Source: Hyphomonas sp.
Lineage (GTDB): Bacteria; Pseudomonadota; Alphaproteobacteria; Caulobacterales; Hyphomonadaceae
DNA: 64,000 nt
Reading direction: 5' to 3'
Assembly: GCA_041752715.1 (NCBI GenBank)
Contig: JBGSVY010000252.1
Coordinates: 2,960-66,959 of the forward strand
This document shows, piece after piece, positions 1 to 8,757 of the stretch. Below the pieces are notes generated by a model. The model was not told where the DNA came from, ran no database searches, and saw only the letters and a list, made by a program, of their open reading frames with translations. The position numbers and the translations under genes were made by a program. Positions within the stretch are counted from its first letter, which is position 1. Every line of letters starts with the position of its first letter.

Positions 1-717
1 AACGTCTCGATGGACATGCTGGGCAAAGCCAAGCGCGTCACCATCGACAAAGACAACACGACCATCGTCGATGGGGCTGGCAAGAAAAAGGATATCGAAG
101 GCCGTGTCGGCCAGATCCGTAAGCAGATCGAAGACACCACGTCTGACTACGACAAGGAGAAACTCCAGGAGCGGCTCGCGAAACTTGCCGGCGGCGTGGC
201 TGTCATCAAGGTTGGCGGTGCCACAGAAGTCGAAGTGAAAGAGAAGAAAGACCGCGTCGACGACGCGCTCAACGCGACCCGGGCGGCTGTCGAAGAAGGC
301 ATCGTTCCTGGCGGCGGCGTGGCGCTTCTGCGGGCCTCCAAGAACATCGGTGTCGTTGGCCTCAACGACGACGAAAAGGCAGGCATCGACATCGTGCGCA
401 AGGCTCTTGAGGCCCCGCTGCGCCAGATCGTTGAGAACGCAGGCGTCGAAGGTTCTGTTGTGGTCAATACGATCCTTCAGAACAAGTCGCGCTCCTACGG
501 CTTCAATGCCCAGACAGAAGAGTATGGCGACCTCGTCGCCATGGGTGTCATCGACCCTGTCAAAGTTGTCCGTTCTGCCCTCCAGAACGCGGCCTCGGTC
601 GCGAGCCTGCTGATCACGACGGAGGCCGGCATTGCCGATGCTCCGAAGAAAGAATCGGCTGGAGGCGGCGGCATGGGCGGCGGCGGCATGGGCGGCATGG
701 GCGGTATGGACTTCTAA
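1..717 (+). CDS. groEL: Chaperonin GroEL, C-terminal part (5' truncated by window edge)
   Basis: [32 protein letters not shown] and GVIDPVKV motifs; GGM-repeat tail. Confidence 0.99.
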   Translation, partial: NVSMDMLGKAKRVTIDKDNTTIVDGAGKKKDIEGRVGQIRKQIEDTTSDYDKEKLQERLAKLAGGVAVIKVGGATEVEVKEKKDRVDDALNATRAAVEEGIVPGGGVALLRASKNIGVVGLNDDEKAGIDIVRKALEAPLRQIVENAGVEGSVVVNTILQNKSRSYGFNAQTEEYGDLVAMGVIDPVKVVRSALQNAASVASLLITTEAGIADAPKKESAGGGGMGGGGMGGMGGMDF

Positions 718-748
718 GTCCAACCCTCTCGCTTACCGACGACAATTG

Positions 749-784
749 CGGCCCTCCGGAGACCTCCGGGGGGCCGTTTCCTTT
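749..784 (+). terminator. Rho-independent terminator of groEL
   Basis: Hairpin CGGCCCTCCGGA-GACC-TCCGGGGGGCCG followed by TTTCCTTT, about 30 nt after the stop. Confidence 0.8.
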
Positions 785-850
785 GGGTCATCATTGCGGG
801 ACAGGGCCCACCTCCGTAGCATCCGGAAAAACAAATCGGCGGAGGAAACG

Positions 851-2455
851 ATGGACTGGAATTTCGGCGAAATGCTGGATGCCGTTGGCGCGGCCCTTGG
901 GCCGGATGACCTTGCGCTGGCGCATGGGGACCGCAAGATCTATTGGCCGGAGTTCACGGCCCGGACCAATCGCCTGGCGCGCGCGCTGATCCATCTTGGT
1001 GCCAGATCCGGCGACAAGGCCGGCTTCTACATGCGCAACCAGACGGAATATATGGAAGCGATGGCGGGTTGCTTCAAAGCGAGCCTGTCGCCGGTGAACG
1101 TCAACTACCGCTATCTCGATGACGAGCTGGTCTACATCATCGATAACTCGGACTCGACGGTTGTTTTCTTCGATGTGGAGTTCATGGCCGAGGTCGAACG
1201 CGTACACCAGCGCCTGTCCCGCGTCGTCGCCTGGGTTCAAATCGGCGGCGGCACGACCGCGCCGTTCGCCCAGGACTACGAGAAACTCGCAACGACCGGG
1301 GACGCCTCCACGATCACGGGAAAGCGTTCCGGCGACGAGATGTTCCTTCTGTACACGGGTGGCACCACCGGCCTGCCGAAAGGCGTGATGTGGACCCACA
1401 ACATCTGGCGCGAAGCCAACATGGAAGGCGTGCGCAAAATGGGCATGCCGGTGCCTGAGACCATGGACGAGCACGTGCAGAACGCGCTGACCGTTGGCCG
1501 CTTCTCGCGCCAGTTGCCCGCCTGCCCGCTGATGCACGGCACCGGCTGGTTCACCGCGATGGGCGCGATGCTGAATGGCGGCGCGGTTGTTACCTTGTCC
1601 GAGAAGGCGAAGTTCAGCCCCGTGAACCTGTGGGATACAGTTCAGGCGAACGGAGTCACATCGATGGCGATCGTGGGCGACGCCTTTGCCAAGCCGATGC
1701 TTCAGGCGCTGGATGAAAATCCCGGTCGCTGGAACCTGTCTAGCGTGCTGAACATCGTGTCCTCCGGCGTGATGTGGAGCGCCGAAGTGAAACAGGGCCT
1801 GCTCCGGCATATTCCGCAGACAGCGCTGACCGACAGCTTCGGCGCGTCCGAAGCGGTCGGGTTCGGCTCGTCGATCACCACGGCGGATGGCGGCACGCAG
1901 ACTTCCAAATTCGAGATCGGCGTCAGCTGCAAGGTCTTCACCGAGGATGGCCGCGAAGTTCTGCCCGGAAGCGGCGAGCCCGGGTTCATCGCGCGTGGCG
2001 GCGCGGTGCCGCTCGGTTATTACAAGGACCCGGAAAAGACCGAAAAGACCTACAAGACGATCGGCGGCATTCGCTATGCCATTCCCGGCGATTGGTGCAT
2101 GGTCGAGGCAGATGGCACGATCACGCTGCTCGGACGTGGTTCGAACTGCATCAATACTGCTGGTGAAAAGGTCTATCCGGAGGAGGTTGAGGAGGCGCTG
2201 AAAGCGCATCCGGCCGTTCACGATGCACTCGTCGTGGGGGTGCCCGACGACAAATGGGGCCAGGCTGTAACCGCTGTTGTGTCTCTGGCGGCACCTTCGA
2301 CCGAAGAGGCCCTCCGCGCCCACGTTCAAACCCTGATCGCGCGCTACAAGGCGCCCAAGCGAATCCTTTTCCTCGAGGATTTGGGGCGAGCGGCGAATGG
2401 AAAGGCGGATTACAAATCGATCCGGGCCTACGCCCTCAATGCGTTGGGACTGTGA
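851..2455 (+). CDS. Acyl-CoA synthetase (AMP-binding, FadD19-like)
   Basis: YTGGTTGLPKG AMP-binding motif, PLMHG, FGASE, GEKVYPEEVE; ATG at 851 after GGAGG. Confidence 0.92.
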   Translation: MDWNFGEMLDAVGAALGPDDLALAHGDRKIYWPEFTARTNRLARALIHLGARSGDKAGFYMRNQTEYMEAMAGCFKASLSPVNVNYRYLDDELVYIIDNSDSTVVFFDVEFMAEVERVHQRLSRVVAWVQIGGGTTAPFAQDYEKLATTGDASTITGKRSGDEMFLLYTGGTTGLPKGVMWTHNIWREANMEGVRKMGMPVPETMDEHVQNALTVGRFSRQLPACPLMHGTGWFTAMGAMLNGGAVVTLSEKAKFSPVNLWDTVQANGVTSMAIVGDAFAKPMLQALDENPGRWNLSSVLNIVSSGVMWSAEVKQGLLRHIPQTALTDSFGASEAVGFGSSITTADGGTQTSKFEIGVSCKVFTEDGREVLPGSGEPGFIARGGAVPLGYYKDPEKTEKTYKTIGGIRYAIPGDWCMVEADGTITLLGRGSNCINTAGEKVYPEEVEEALKAHPAVHDALVVGVPDDKWGQAVTAVVSLAAPSTEEALRAHVQTLIARYKAPKRILFLEDLGRAANGKADYKSIRAYALNALGL

Positions 2456-2890
2456 TCAAGGCATCTTGCGGCGCAGCGTCCTGAATACGGCATCTGCTCT
2501 CGCTGCGACCACGCCGCACTGTTTCACGATCGTGGCCTTCACGTGCACGATGTCACCATCGATCGACGTGACGCCTGGATGGGCCTCGATCCACGTCCCT
2601 TCCTTGACGATGTCGATGAAGATCAGGGAAAGTTTGATCGTGACCGACATCCTGCCAGTCGCCGTCCAAACCGCCCAGGCGAGCGCGCTATCTGCGAATG
2701 CGCTTGCCATACCTCCATGCAGGAATCCCATGCCATTGCAGTGCCTGTCCAAGACCAATAGGCCTGCCCGGACATCTCCGGCGGCTGTCGCCCTATAGGT
2801 AGGGCCGTTGTGAAGCGTGAATTTGCCTCGTGACGGGGTCGGCGCAAATCCGGGCGGAACCTCGAACGGCGGCGTCGCCGGATCATCCAC
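2456..2890 (-). CDS. PaaI-family thioesterase
   Basis: HCNGMGFLHGGMASAFAD hot-dog motif; probable GTG start at 2890 overlapping the upstream gene's stop. Confidence 0.85.
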   Translation of the reverse strand: MDDPATPPFEVPPGFAPTPSRGKFTLHNGPTYRATAAGDVRAGLLVLDRHCNGMGFLHGGMASAFADSALAWAVWTATGRMSVTIKLSLIFIDIVKEGTWIEAHPGVTSIDGDIVHVKATIVKQCGVVAARADAVFRTLRRKMP

Positions 2891-3338
2891 CGGCCGACCC
2901 GAAGATCGGGTGAACCACCGTGTCACCTGGCTCGATCTGCAAAGCCTTCGCACGACCACCCGCGATCTCCAGAACACCGCGCACAGGCACCCCAGGGCCA
3001 ATGGAACGCAGAGATCCTGGCGTGGTATTTCGCGCGATCATGACGACCGTGCCGGCCCCATCAATGAAAAGCATGTCGAGCGGAAGAAGAGTGTTCTTCA
3101 TCCACATGCTCGCTTCCCGTTCGCCCCCAAAATCAAAGAGCATGCCAGCATCGGGGGCAAGCTCGGTGCGGAACATCAGTCCTGCAGAAATTGCCTCTGG
3201 AGTTGCAGCGATTTCAACATTGAAACGATGCGATGTCTCGCCTGTTTCGATGCTCACGGTGCCAGTAGGGAGCTGGGCGAATGCGGCCTGGGCGAGACAT
3301 GCAAGCGCGGCCAGAAGAGCGAAACAATATCGGATCAT
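2883..3338 (-). CDS. DUF192 domain exported protein
   Basis: Signal peptide; VEIA...GLMFR, GMLFDF, MWMKNTLLPLDMLFID, VLEI motifs. Confidence 0.9.
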   Translation of the reverse strand: MIRYCFALLAALACLAQAAFAQLPTGTVSIETGETSHRFNVEIAATPEAISAGLMFRTELAPDAGMLFDFGGEREASMWMKNTLLPLDMLFIDGAGTVVMIARNTTPGSLRSIGPGVPVRGVLEIAGGRAKALQIEPGDTVVHPIFGSAGG

Positions 3339-3387
3339 TTTTTGTGTTTACTGGCGCCAGGCCTGTCCCGCAAGCAGGTAAGGCGGT

Positions 3388-3915
3388 TTAGGCTTTCGGA
3401 CGGATATGGCTCACGTGCGCGCCCTTGGTGCCGGTCTCGATCACCGCATCAACCGCTGTGTCGGGCTGTATGTCTTCAAGGCCGGCTTTTCGAAGCACCA
3501 CAGCATGCACAAAGATGTCGGCGTCATCAGAGTCGCGGCGAACAAAACCGTAGCCTTTGGCGCGATTGAACCATTTGAGGACGACCGGCTCGTAGGATCG
3601 TTCAACGCCTTTTTCGCGGGCAACGACCGCGCGCGGACGTTCCATCTCGATAATGTGTGCTGTCTGCCAGCCGCGTGGGCGGCTCACAGCATCGCAGATG
3701 ATCCGTGCGCCCTCATCGGCATATGTTTCGCCATAGGCTCGAAGGCTGGAAATGTGAATCATGACATCACCCGTGAGGGAGGGGTCAGATGTCGTCTCAG
3801 CAACGATAAAGCCGTAGCCCTTTGCGCTGTCGAACCATTTTATACGTCCGATAACACGCACGGACACTTCCGGCGCGCTATTGTCTGATCCTGACGTAGC
3901 AGCAATTTTCGACAT
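3388..3915 (-). CDS. Cold-shock protein with two CSD domains
   Basis: Two KWFxxAKGYGF motifs (RNP1), followed by VMIH and IFVH respectively; start codon uncertain. Confidence 0.88.
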   Translation of the reverse strand: MSKIAATSGSDNSAPEVSVRVIGRIKWFDSAKGYGFIVAETTSDPSLTGDVMIHISSLRAYGETYADEGARIICDAVSRPRGWQTAHIIEMERPRAVVAREKGVERSYEPVVLKWFNRAKGYGFVRRDSDDADIFVHAVVLRKAGLEDIQPDTAVDAVIETGTKGAHVSHIRPKA

Positions 3916-4026
3916 CGACCCCTATTCCCCAACTCAGCAACTTAAATCGCGTAAAAGCACTTGTCACGCGATCTTCACAAGCCTTGCGAGGCACTGAACC
4001 ACGAGGGGGGCGAAGGACGTTCAAGC

Positions 4027-4101
4027 TGGCAGTCCCTAGGGGAGTCGAACCCCTCTTTTCAGGTTGAAAACCTGACGTCCTAACCGATAGACGAAGGGAC
4101 C
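4027..4101 (-). tRNA. tRNA-Glu(TTC)
   Basis: Reverse complement GGTCCCTTCGTCTATCGGTTAGGACGTCAGGTTTTCAACCTGAAAAGAGGGGTTCGACTCCCCTAGGGACTGCCA; cloverleaf, TTC anticodon, GTTCGA T-loop, encoded CCA. Confidence 0.96.
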
Positions 4102-4177
4102 ACTCTAGCTTGAAGAATGGGCGATATAGCGGCTGGCAGGCCGGAGGGCAACCCGCGTGTTCGAGCGAATCGCACAA

Positions 4178-5962
4178 TCATGACATGAGGCCCACGTCGA
4201 CCACATCCATCTGAACACGGCGTCGACCGTTCCAGGAATCGGCTTTCAAGCGCCCTGCAACGCTCAGGCGATCGCCACGTCGCAAAACATCACCGATAGG
4301 GCCGTCTGCGGCGCGCCATGCGATGCAATCGAGGCGGCCACTGGCGTCTTCGGCGGAAAACTTGATGTGGTTTCCGCCAACCCGCCTTACGCCGGTTGGC
4401 TGGATGCCGCAAAGCGCAAAGAGGGGTTCGGGGGCCCCAGCGCCAAACGGGCCGATCCGCGCCAGCGAATCCACAAGGTCTGTCGATGCTGCACCCGGTG
4501 CAAGGCAGGCATCAATGTCGAGGCACAGGGCCGCGGTGCGTTCCGCCCCGAAGCGCGCCATATGCGCAACAATCCAATTATCAAACGCGGCCAATTGAGA
4601 GGGGTCCATACTGAGCCCAGCGGCCATGGCATGGCCGCCTCCTGACAAGATCAAGCCTTCGCGCGCTGCCGTCGCGATGGCCTCACCCAAGTTGACACCA
4701 GCCACCGAACGTCCGGACCCCTTCGCCACGGGCCCCAATCCTTCGCCCCAACCGATCACGATGCTCGGAAGATGGAATTGCTCCTTGAGTCGCCCGGCCA
4801 CAATCCCAATCACGCCCGGGTGCCAGCCTTCACCGGCTGCCACAATCACGCCGCGTGACGGATCGGCTTCGAGCGAGCGCGAGGCTTGTGCCGTCGCCTC
4901 GTCGAGGATGCTTGCTTCAACTGCCTTTCGCAGCTCGTTCAGGGCGTGCAGTCTTTCTGCGAGAGCAATCGCCTCGGAGCGATCCTCCGAGGCAAGAAGC
5001 CGTGCGGCAAGCCAAGGATCGCCGACACGGCCACCCGCGTTCAAGCGCGGGCCAAGGAGGAATGTCGCATGATACACGGTTTCGATCGTGCCAATCCCAG
5101 CGACATCGGCGAGCGCACGCAGCCCCTCATTTTGCCCCTGCGACATCATCAGAAGACCTTGCTGAACAAAGGCCCGATTGACGCCGCGCAGCGGCGCCAT
5201 GTCACAAAGGGTGCCCAATGCGCAAAGATCCAGCAGGCGCATCGGATCCGGAAGCCCACCCTTGGGCGATACACCGCGCGCCCGGGCGAGGCGGTTGATC
5301 GCAACCACCAGCACGAAAACCACACCTGCGGCGGCAAGATGCCCCTGTCCTGAGGTGCAGTCTGGCCGGTTTGGGTTCACCAGAGCTGCGATCCGGGGAA
5401 TCTCTCCTGACATCAGATGATGGTCGACGACCACGACAGGAAGACCGATCTTGTCTGCTTCGGCGAGCGCGAGCGTCGCGGCGGCGCCGCAATCGACGGT
5501 GATGACGAGCTTTGCGCCGTCCGCCTTGATCCGGCGAAATGCGCCAGGCGTGGGGCCATACCCCTCTTCGAGACGATCAGGCACGTAGAGACCAAGATCG
5601 CGCCCCCAGGCGCGGAAATATCGTGTCAAGATCGCTGAAGATGTTCCCCCGTCGACGTCATAGTCAGCGAACACGGCCACGGGCCGACCCTCTTCGATCG
5701 CATCGAGGATGATGGAGGCCGCGTTGTCCATGTCCGCGAATGAGGATGGGTCCGGGAACAACTCGCGTAGCGTGGGGTTCAGATAGCTCGCTGCGGTCTC
5801 GGCTGTTACGTCACGGAGGGCCAGCAGGCGTCCAAGCAAATCCGAGCCGCCGGCCATCGCCGCCAACCGCCGGGTGAGGGGTTCGTCCACATCAGCGAGG
5901 CGCCAATTGCGACCGGTAACGGACCGTTCCGGCATCAGAGCGGGCGGCGCAGTCAAAATCAA
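4178..5962 (-). CDS. recJ: Single-stranded-DNA-specific exonuclease RecJ
   Basis: DHH motifs DYDVDG, ITVDCG, VDHH, GPRLNAGGR, GSGRS, GGGHAMAAG; exact start uncertain. Confidence 0.97.
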   Translation of the reverse strand: MILTAPPALMPERSVTGRNWRLADVDEPLTRRLAAMAGGSDLLGRLLALRDVTAETAASYLNPTLRELFPDPSSFADMDNAASIILDAIEEGRPVAVFADYDVDGGTSSAILTRYFRAWGRDLGLYVPDRLEEGYGPTPGAFRRIKADGAKLVITVDCGAAATLALAEADKIGLPVVVVDHHLMSGEIPRIAALVNPNRPDCTSGQGHLAAAGVVFVLVVAINRLARARGVSPKGGLPDPMRLLDLCALGTLCDMAPLRGVNRAFVQQGLLMMSQGQNEGLRALADVAGIGTIETVYHATFLLGPRLNAGGRVGDPWLAARLLASEDRSEAIALAERLHALNELRKAVEASILDEATAQASRSLEADPSRGVIVAAGEGWHPGVIGIVAGRLKEQFHLPSIVIGWGEGLGPVAKGSGRSVAGVNLGEAIATAAREGLILSGGGHAMAAGLSMDPSQLAAFDNWIVAHMARFGAERTAALCLDIDACLAPGAASTDLVDSLARIGPFGAGAPEPLFALCGIQPTGVRRVGGNHIKFSAEDASGRLDCIAWRAADGPIGDVLRRGDRLSVAGRLKADSWNGRRRVQMDVVDVGLMS

Positions 5963-6044
5963 ACGGGCGGCCTTTCGAATCAGGGCTCATACTACCCTGC
6001 CCCACCAGCAAGAGAAGTCGTAGCCCGCAGATGTCGCCCATATG

Positions 6045-6080
6045 AAAAAAGCCCCCACACCGGGTCAGGTGCGGGGGCTT
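6045..6080 (-). terminator. Rho-independent terminator of the 6101-7072 gene
   Basis: Hairpin AAGCCCCC...GGGGGCTT with an A6 tract on + (U-tract on -). Confidence 0.8.
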
Positions 6081-6100
6081 CGGATTTGAGCACTGAGAGA

Positions 6101-7072
6101 TCAGAACGGCGTCACGCCGAGCGACTGGACAGTCGAAACAGTGAGGTAGCCAATCGGCAAGCCATTGGCCCGTTGATAGGCCTCCATCGCCCGAAGCGTG
6201 GCAGGGCCAAACGTGCCATCAGCCGGGTTGGCATATCCCCGCGCGGTCAACGCGCGCTGAACCTCGGCAATTTTTTCAGGAGACGCATTGGTATCGCAAA
6301 GCACTTCGCGCCATTCGAGACCACCACCGCCCGACACGACCCGCTTTTCAACGGTTTTGTAGGTCGCCGGGATAACGATCACCTCTTCCTGAGCCGCCGT
6401 TACGAGCTTCTGAACAGTGACCGTCTCATAGACTGCCGGGATGACCTCTTCGACGACTTGAGGAGCCTCGGCCACCACTTCCCGGGTTACGGTTTCATAT
6501 GTCGCCGGGATGACCTTCACTTCTGTCCGCTCAGGCGTCTTGATACGTGTCCGGGTCACGGTTTCGTACTCGGCTGGCACCTCGACCCGGCACAGGAGTT
6601 CGCCGGTTGCGACGCCTGCTGTTCCATCAACAGGCGTTGTACCGTCCGCGCTTGCACGGCCAAAAAGACCGTTACCTGGTTTCCATGTCACATAAGCCGG
6701 ACGAACAAGGACTTGCTCGGTATACGTCTCATACTCGGCTGGGATCACGATTGTTTCGGTGCGCTCAGGTGTCTTGATCACTTGCTCAGTAACCGTTTCG
6801 TAGCGCGCCGGGATGACGTTGTAGCGGACCGTTGCCTCTTTCACGAGAACCTGTTCTGTCACGGTTTCATAGGTTGCCGGGATCACCTTGATCTCAGTGC
6901 TTTCGGCGCGGTCGATGACCTGCTCTGTCACGATTTCGGTTTGTTCAGGAATAAGGACGCGCGCATAGCAGACGCCGGGTCCACCGTCTGGCGGATAGTC
7001 GGCGTTTCCCTGAGCAAATGCGAGGCCGCTGACTGCCGCCATTCCCATCGAAAGTGTGATAAATTTTTTCAT
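6101..7072 (-). CDS. Secreted peptidoglycan-binding-domain protein with eight 23-aa (I)PAxYETVTE repeats
   Basis: Signal peptide MKKFITL...AFA; repeats; C-terminal PG_binding_1-like VQRALTARGY...DGTFGPATLRAMEAYQRANGL. Confidence 0.8.
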   Translation of the reverse strand: MKKFITLSMGMAAVSGLAFAQGNADYPPDGGPGVCYARVLIPEQTEIVTEQVIDRAESTEIKVIPATYETVTEQVLVKEATVRYNVIPARYETVTEQVIKTPERTETIVIPAEYETYTEQVLVRPAYVTWKPGNGLFGRASADGTTPVDGTAGVATGELLCRVEVPAEYETVTRTRIKTPERTEVKVIPATYETVTREVVAEAPQVVEEVIPAVYETVTVQKLVTAAQEEVIVIPATYKTVEKRVVSGGGGLEWREVLCDTNASPEKIAEVQRALTARGYANPADGTFGPATLRAMEAYQRANGLPIGYLTVSTVQSLGVTPF

Positions 7073-7367
7073 AGCATTTCCCCATGCATTGGCTGAGCCC
7101 CGAACCATTCGAGCAACCATCTGACCATCAAATTCCCTGCGCTGTATAACCAGCAACAGGAAGCCACACACACGACGACTCTCTCTCCGCCGGTGATGTA
7201 CAGGCTTTAACCTATTCGGGGAAATTGGGCCAGTACCCGTTGTGTCACGGCCGGACCAAGGCATGTTTTGCGTGCGACAAAAGCCGGCCGCAAAGCCTGA
7301 TCTACGGGGGATTCGTCTTGACCCATCCCGCGCAAACGCTGCAACAGGGGCGAGAAGGAGCCGCATC

Positions 7368-8666
7368 ATGATCGAACGCTATTCGAGACCTCAAATGGCG
7401 GCAATCTGGACGCCGGAATCACGCTTCGGAATCTGGCTCGACATCGAAACGCTCGCAGCCGAAGCCATGGAGCGTCTCGGGTATATCCCCGCCGGCGTCA
7501 CAGCGGCGGTCCGGGCCCGCGGCGCATTCAATCCGTCTCGCATTGACGCGATTGAGCGGGAGGTAAAACACGATGTGATCGCCTTCCTCACAAATGTCGC
7601 CGAGCACGTTGGTGATGAAGCCCGCTTCCTTCATCTCGGCATGACATCCTCCGATGTGCTCGACACCTGTTTCAACATCCAACTCGTCCGAGCTGCGGAT
7701 CTGCTCATCGATGGTATTGACCGGGTTCTTGCCGGGCTGAAAGCGCGGGCGGCTGAGCACAAATACACACCAACGATTGGCCGCAGCCATGGAATTCACG
7801 CCGAGCCAACGACGTTCGGTATCAAGCTCGCGACCTTTTATGCGGAGTTTGAGCGCAATCGCGCCCGTATGCTCCTGGCGAGGGCCGAGATTGCCACTTG
7901 CGCCATCTCCGGTGCTGTCGGCACATTCGCTAACATCGATCCGCGCATCGAGGCGCACGTTGCCGAGAAGCTCGGTCTCGCAGTCGAGCCTGTCTCGACC
8001 CAGGTGATACCGCGTGACCGGCACGCCATGTATTTTGCCACTCTCGGAATTGTTGCATCGTCTATCGAGCGGCTCGCCACAGAAGTGCGCCACCTTCAGC
8101 GCACGGAGGTCCTGGAGGCTGAGGAGTTCTTCTCGGCCGGGCAAAAGGGCTCTTCTGCCATGCCGCACAAGCGCAATCCCGTCTTGACCGAGAACTTGAC
8201 GGGTCTTGCACGTCTTGTTCGCTCAGCCGTTATTCCGGCGCTGGAGAATGTCGCGCTCTGGCATGAGCGCGATATTTCGCATTCCTCCGTCGAGCGCGGT
8301 ATCGGACCGGATGCGACGGGCCATCTCGATTTTGCCCTGCATCGACTCGCCGGCGTGATCGAAACGCTGGTGGTTTACCCGGACAATATGATGCGCACGA
8401 TTGACAGTATGGGGGGCCTGCACAACTCCCAGCGCGTCTTGCTTGCGCTTGTCGAGAAGGGCGAGAGCCGCGAGGTGGCTTATTCTCTCGTTCAGCGCAA
8501 CGCGATGCGGACATGGAAGAGGGAAGGTCCGCTGCTCGACCTGCTCAAAGCCGACGCAGACGTTCGCGCGCGCCTGACTGAGGCAGAGATCGAAGCGCTT
8601 TTCGATCTCGGATATCACTTCAAGCATGTCGACACGATCTTCGAGCGCGTGTTCGGCGCGCCCTGA
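7368..8666 (+). CDS. purB: Adenylosuccinate lyase
   Basis: MIERYSRP start, HDVIAFL, GRSHGIHAEPTTFG, GSSAMPHKRNP signature. Confidence 0.98.
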   Translation: MIERYSRPQMAAIWTPESRFGIWLDIETLAAEAMERLGYIPAGVTAAVRARGAFNPSRIDAIEREVKHDVIAFLTNVAEHVGDEARFLHLGMTSSDVLDTCFNIQLVRAADLLIDGIDRVLAGLKARAAEHKYTPTIGRSHGIHAEPTTFGIKLATFYAEFERNRARMLLARAEIATCAISGAVGTFANIDPRIEAHVAEKLGLAVEPVSTQVIPRDRHAMYFATLGIVASSIERLATEVRHLQRTEVLEAEEFFSAGQKGSSAMPHKRNPVLTENLTGLARLVRSAVIPALENVALWHERDISHSSVERGIGPDATGHLDFALHRLAGVIETLVVYPDNMMRTIDSMGGLHNSQRVLLALVEKGESREVAYSLVQRNAMRTWKREGPLLDLLKADADVRARLTEAEIEALFDLGYHFKHVDTIFERVFGAP

Positions 8667-8687
8667 TACCCAAGACAGCCATTCGAG

Positions 8688-8725
8688 CAAAATGAGAAAG
8701 GGCGGCCAGTGAACTGGCCGCCCTC
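8688..8725. terminator. Terminator hairpin between convergent purB and S9 peptidase
   Basis: AGGGCGGCCAGT-GAA-CTGGCCGCCCT stem; A-rich left flank gives a U-rich tail on the minus strand. Confidence 0.75.
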
Positions 8726-8757
8726 CCGCATCATGCGTTGTTCTGGGTCGTTTGCCC

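Noticed and set aside
661..714. GGC/ATG repeats at the end of groEL
   Set aside because: Ordinary GGM tail of GroEL
791..2329. Long antisense ORFs (512 aa here; also 29805-31133, 34873-35904, 58768-59991, 6086-7096)
   Set aside because: Shadow ORFs opposite well-supported genes in GC-rich DNA; no motifs
6330..6960. Regularly spaced DNA repeats (about 69 bp period) superficially like a CRISPR array
   Set aside because: The repeats are degenerate and in-frame protein repeats; no cas genes
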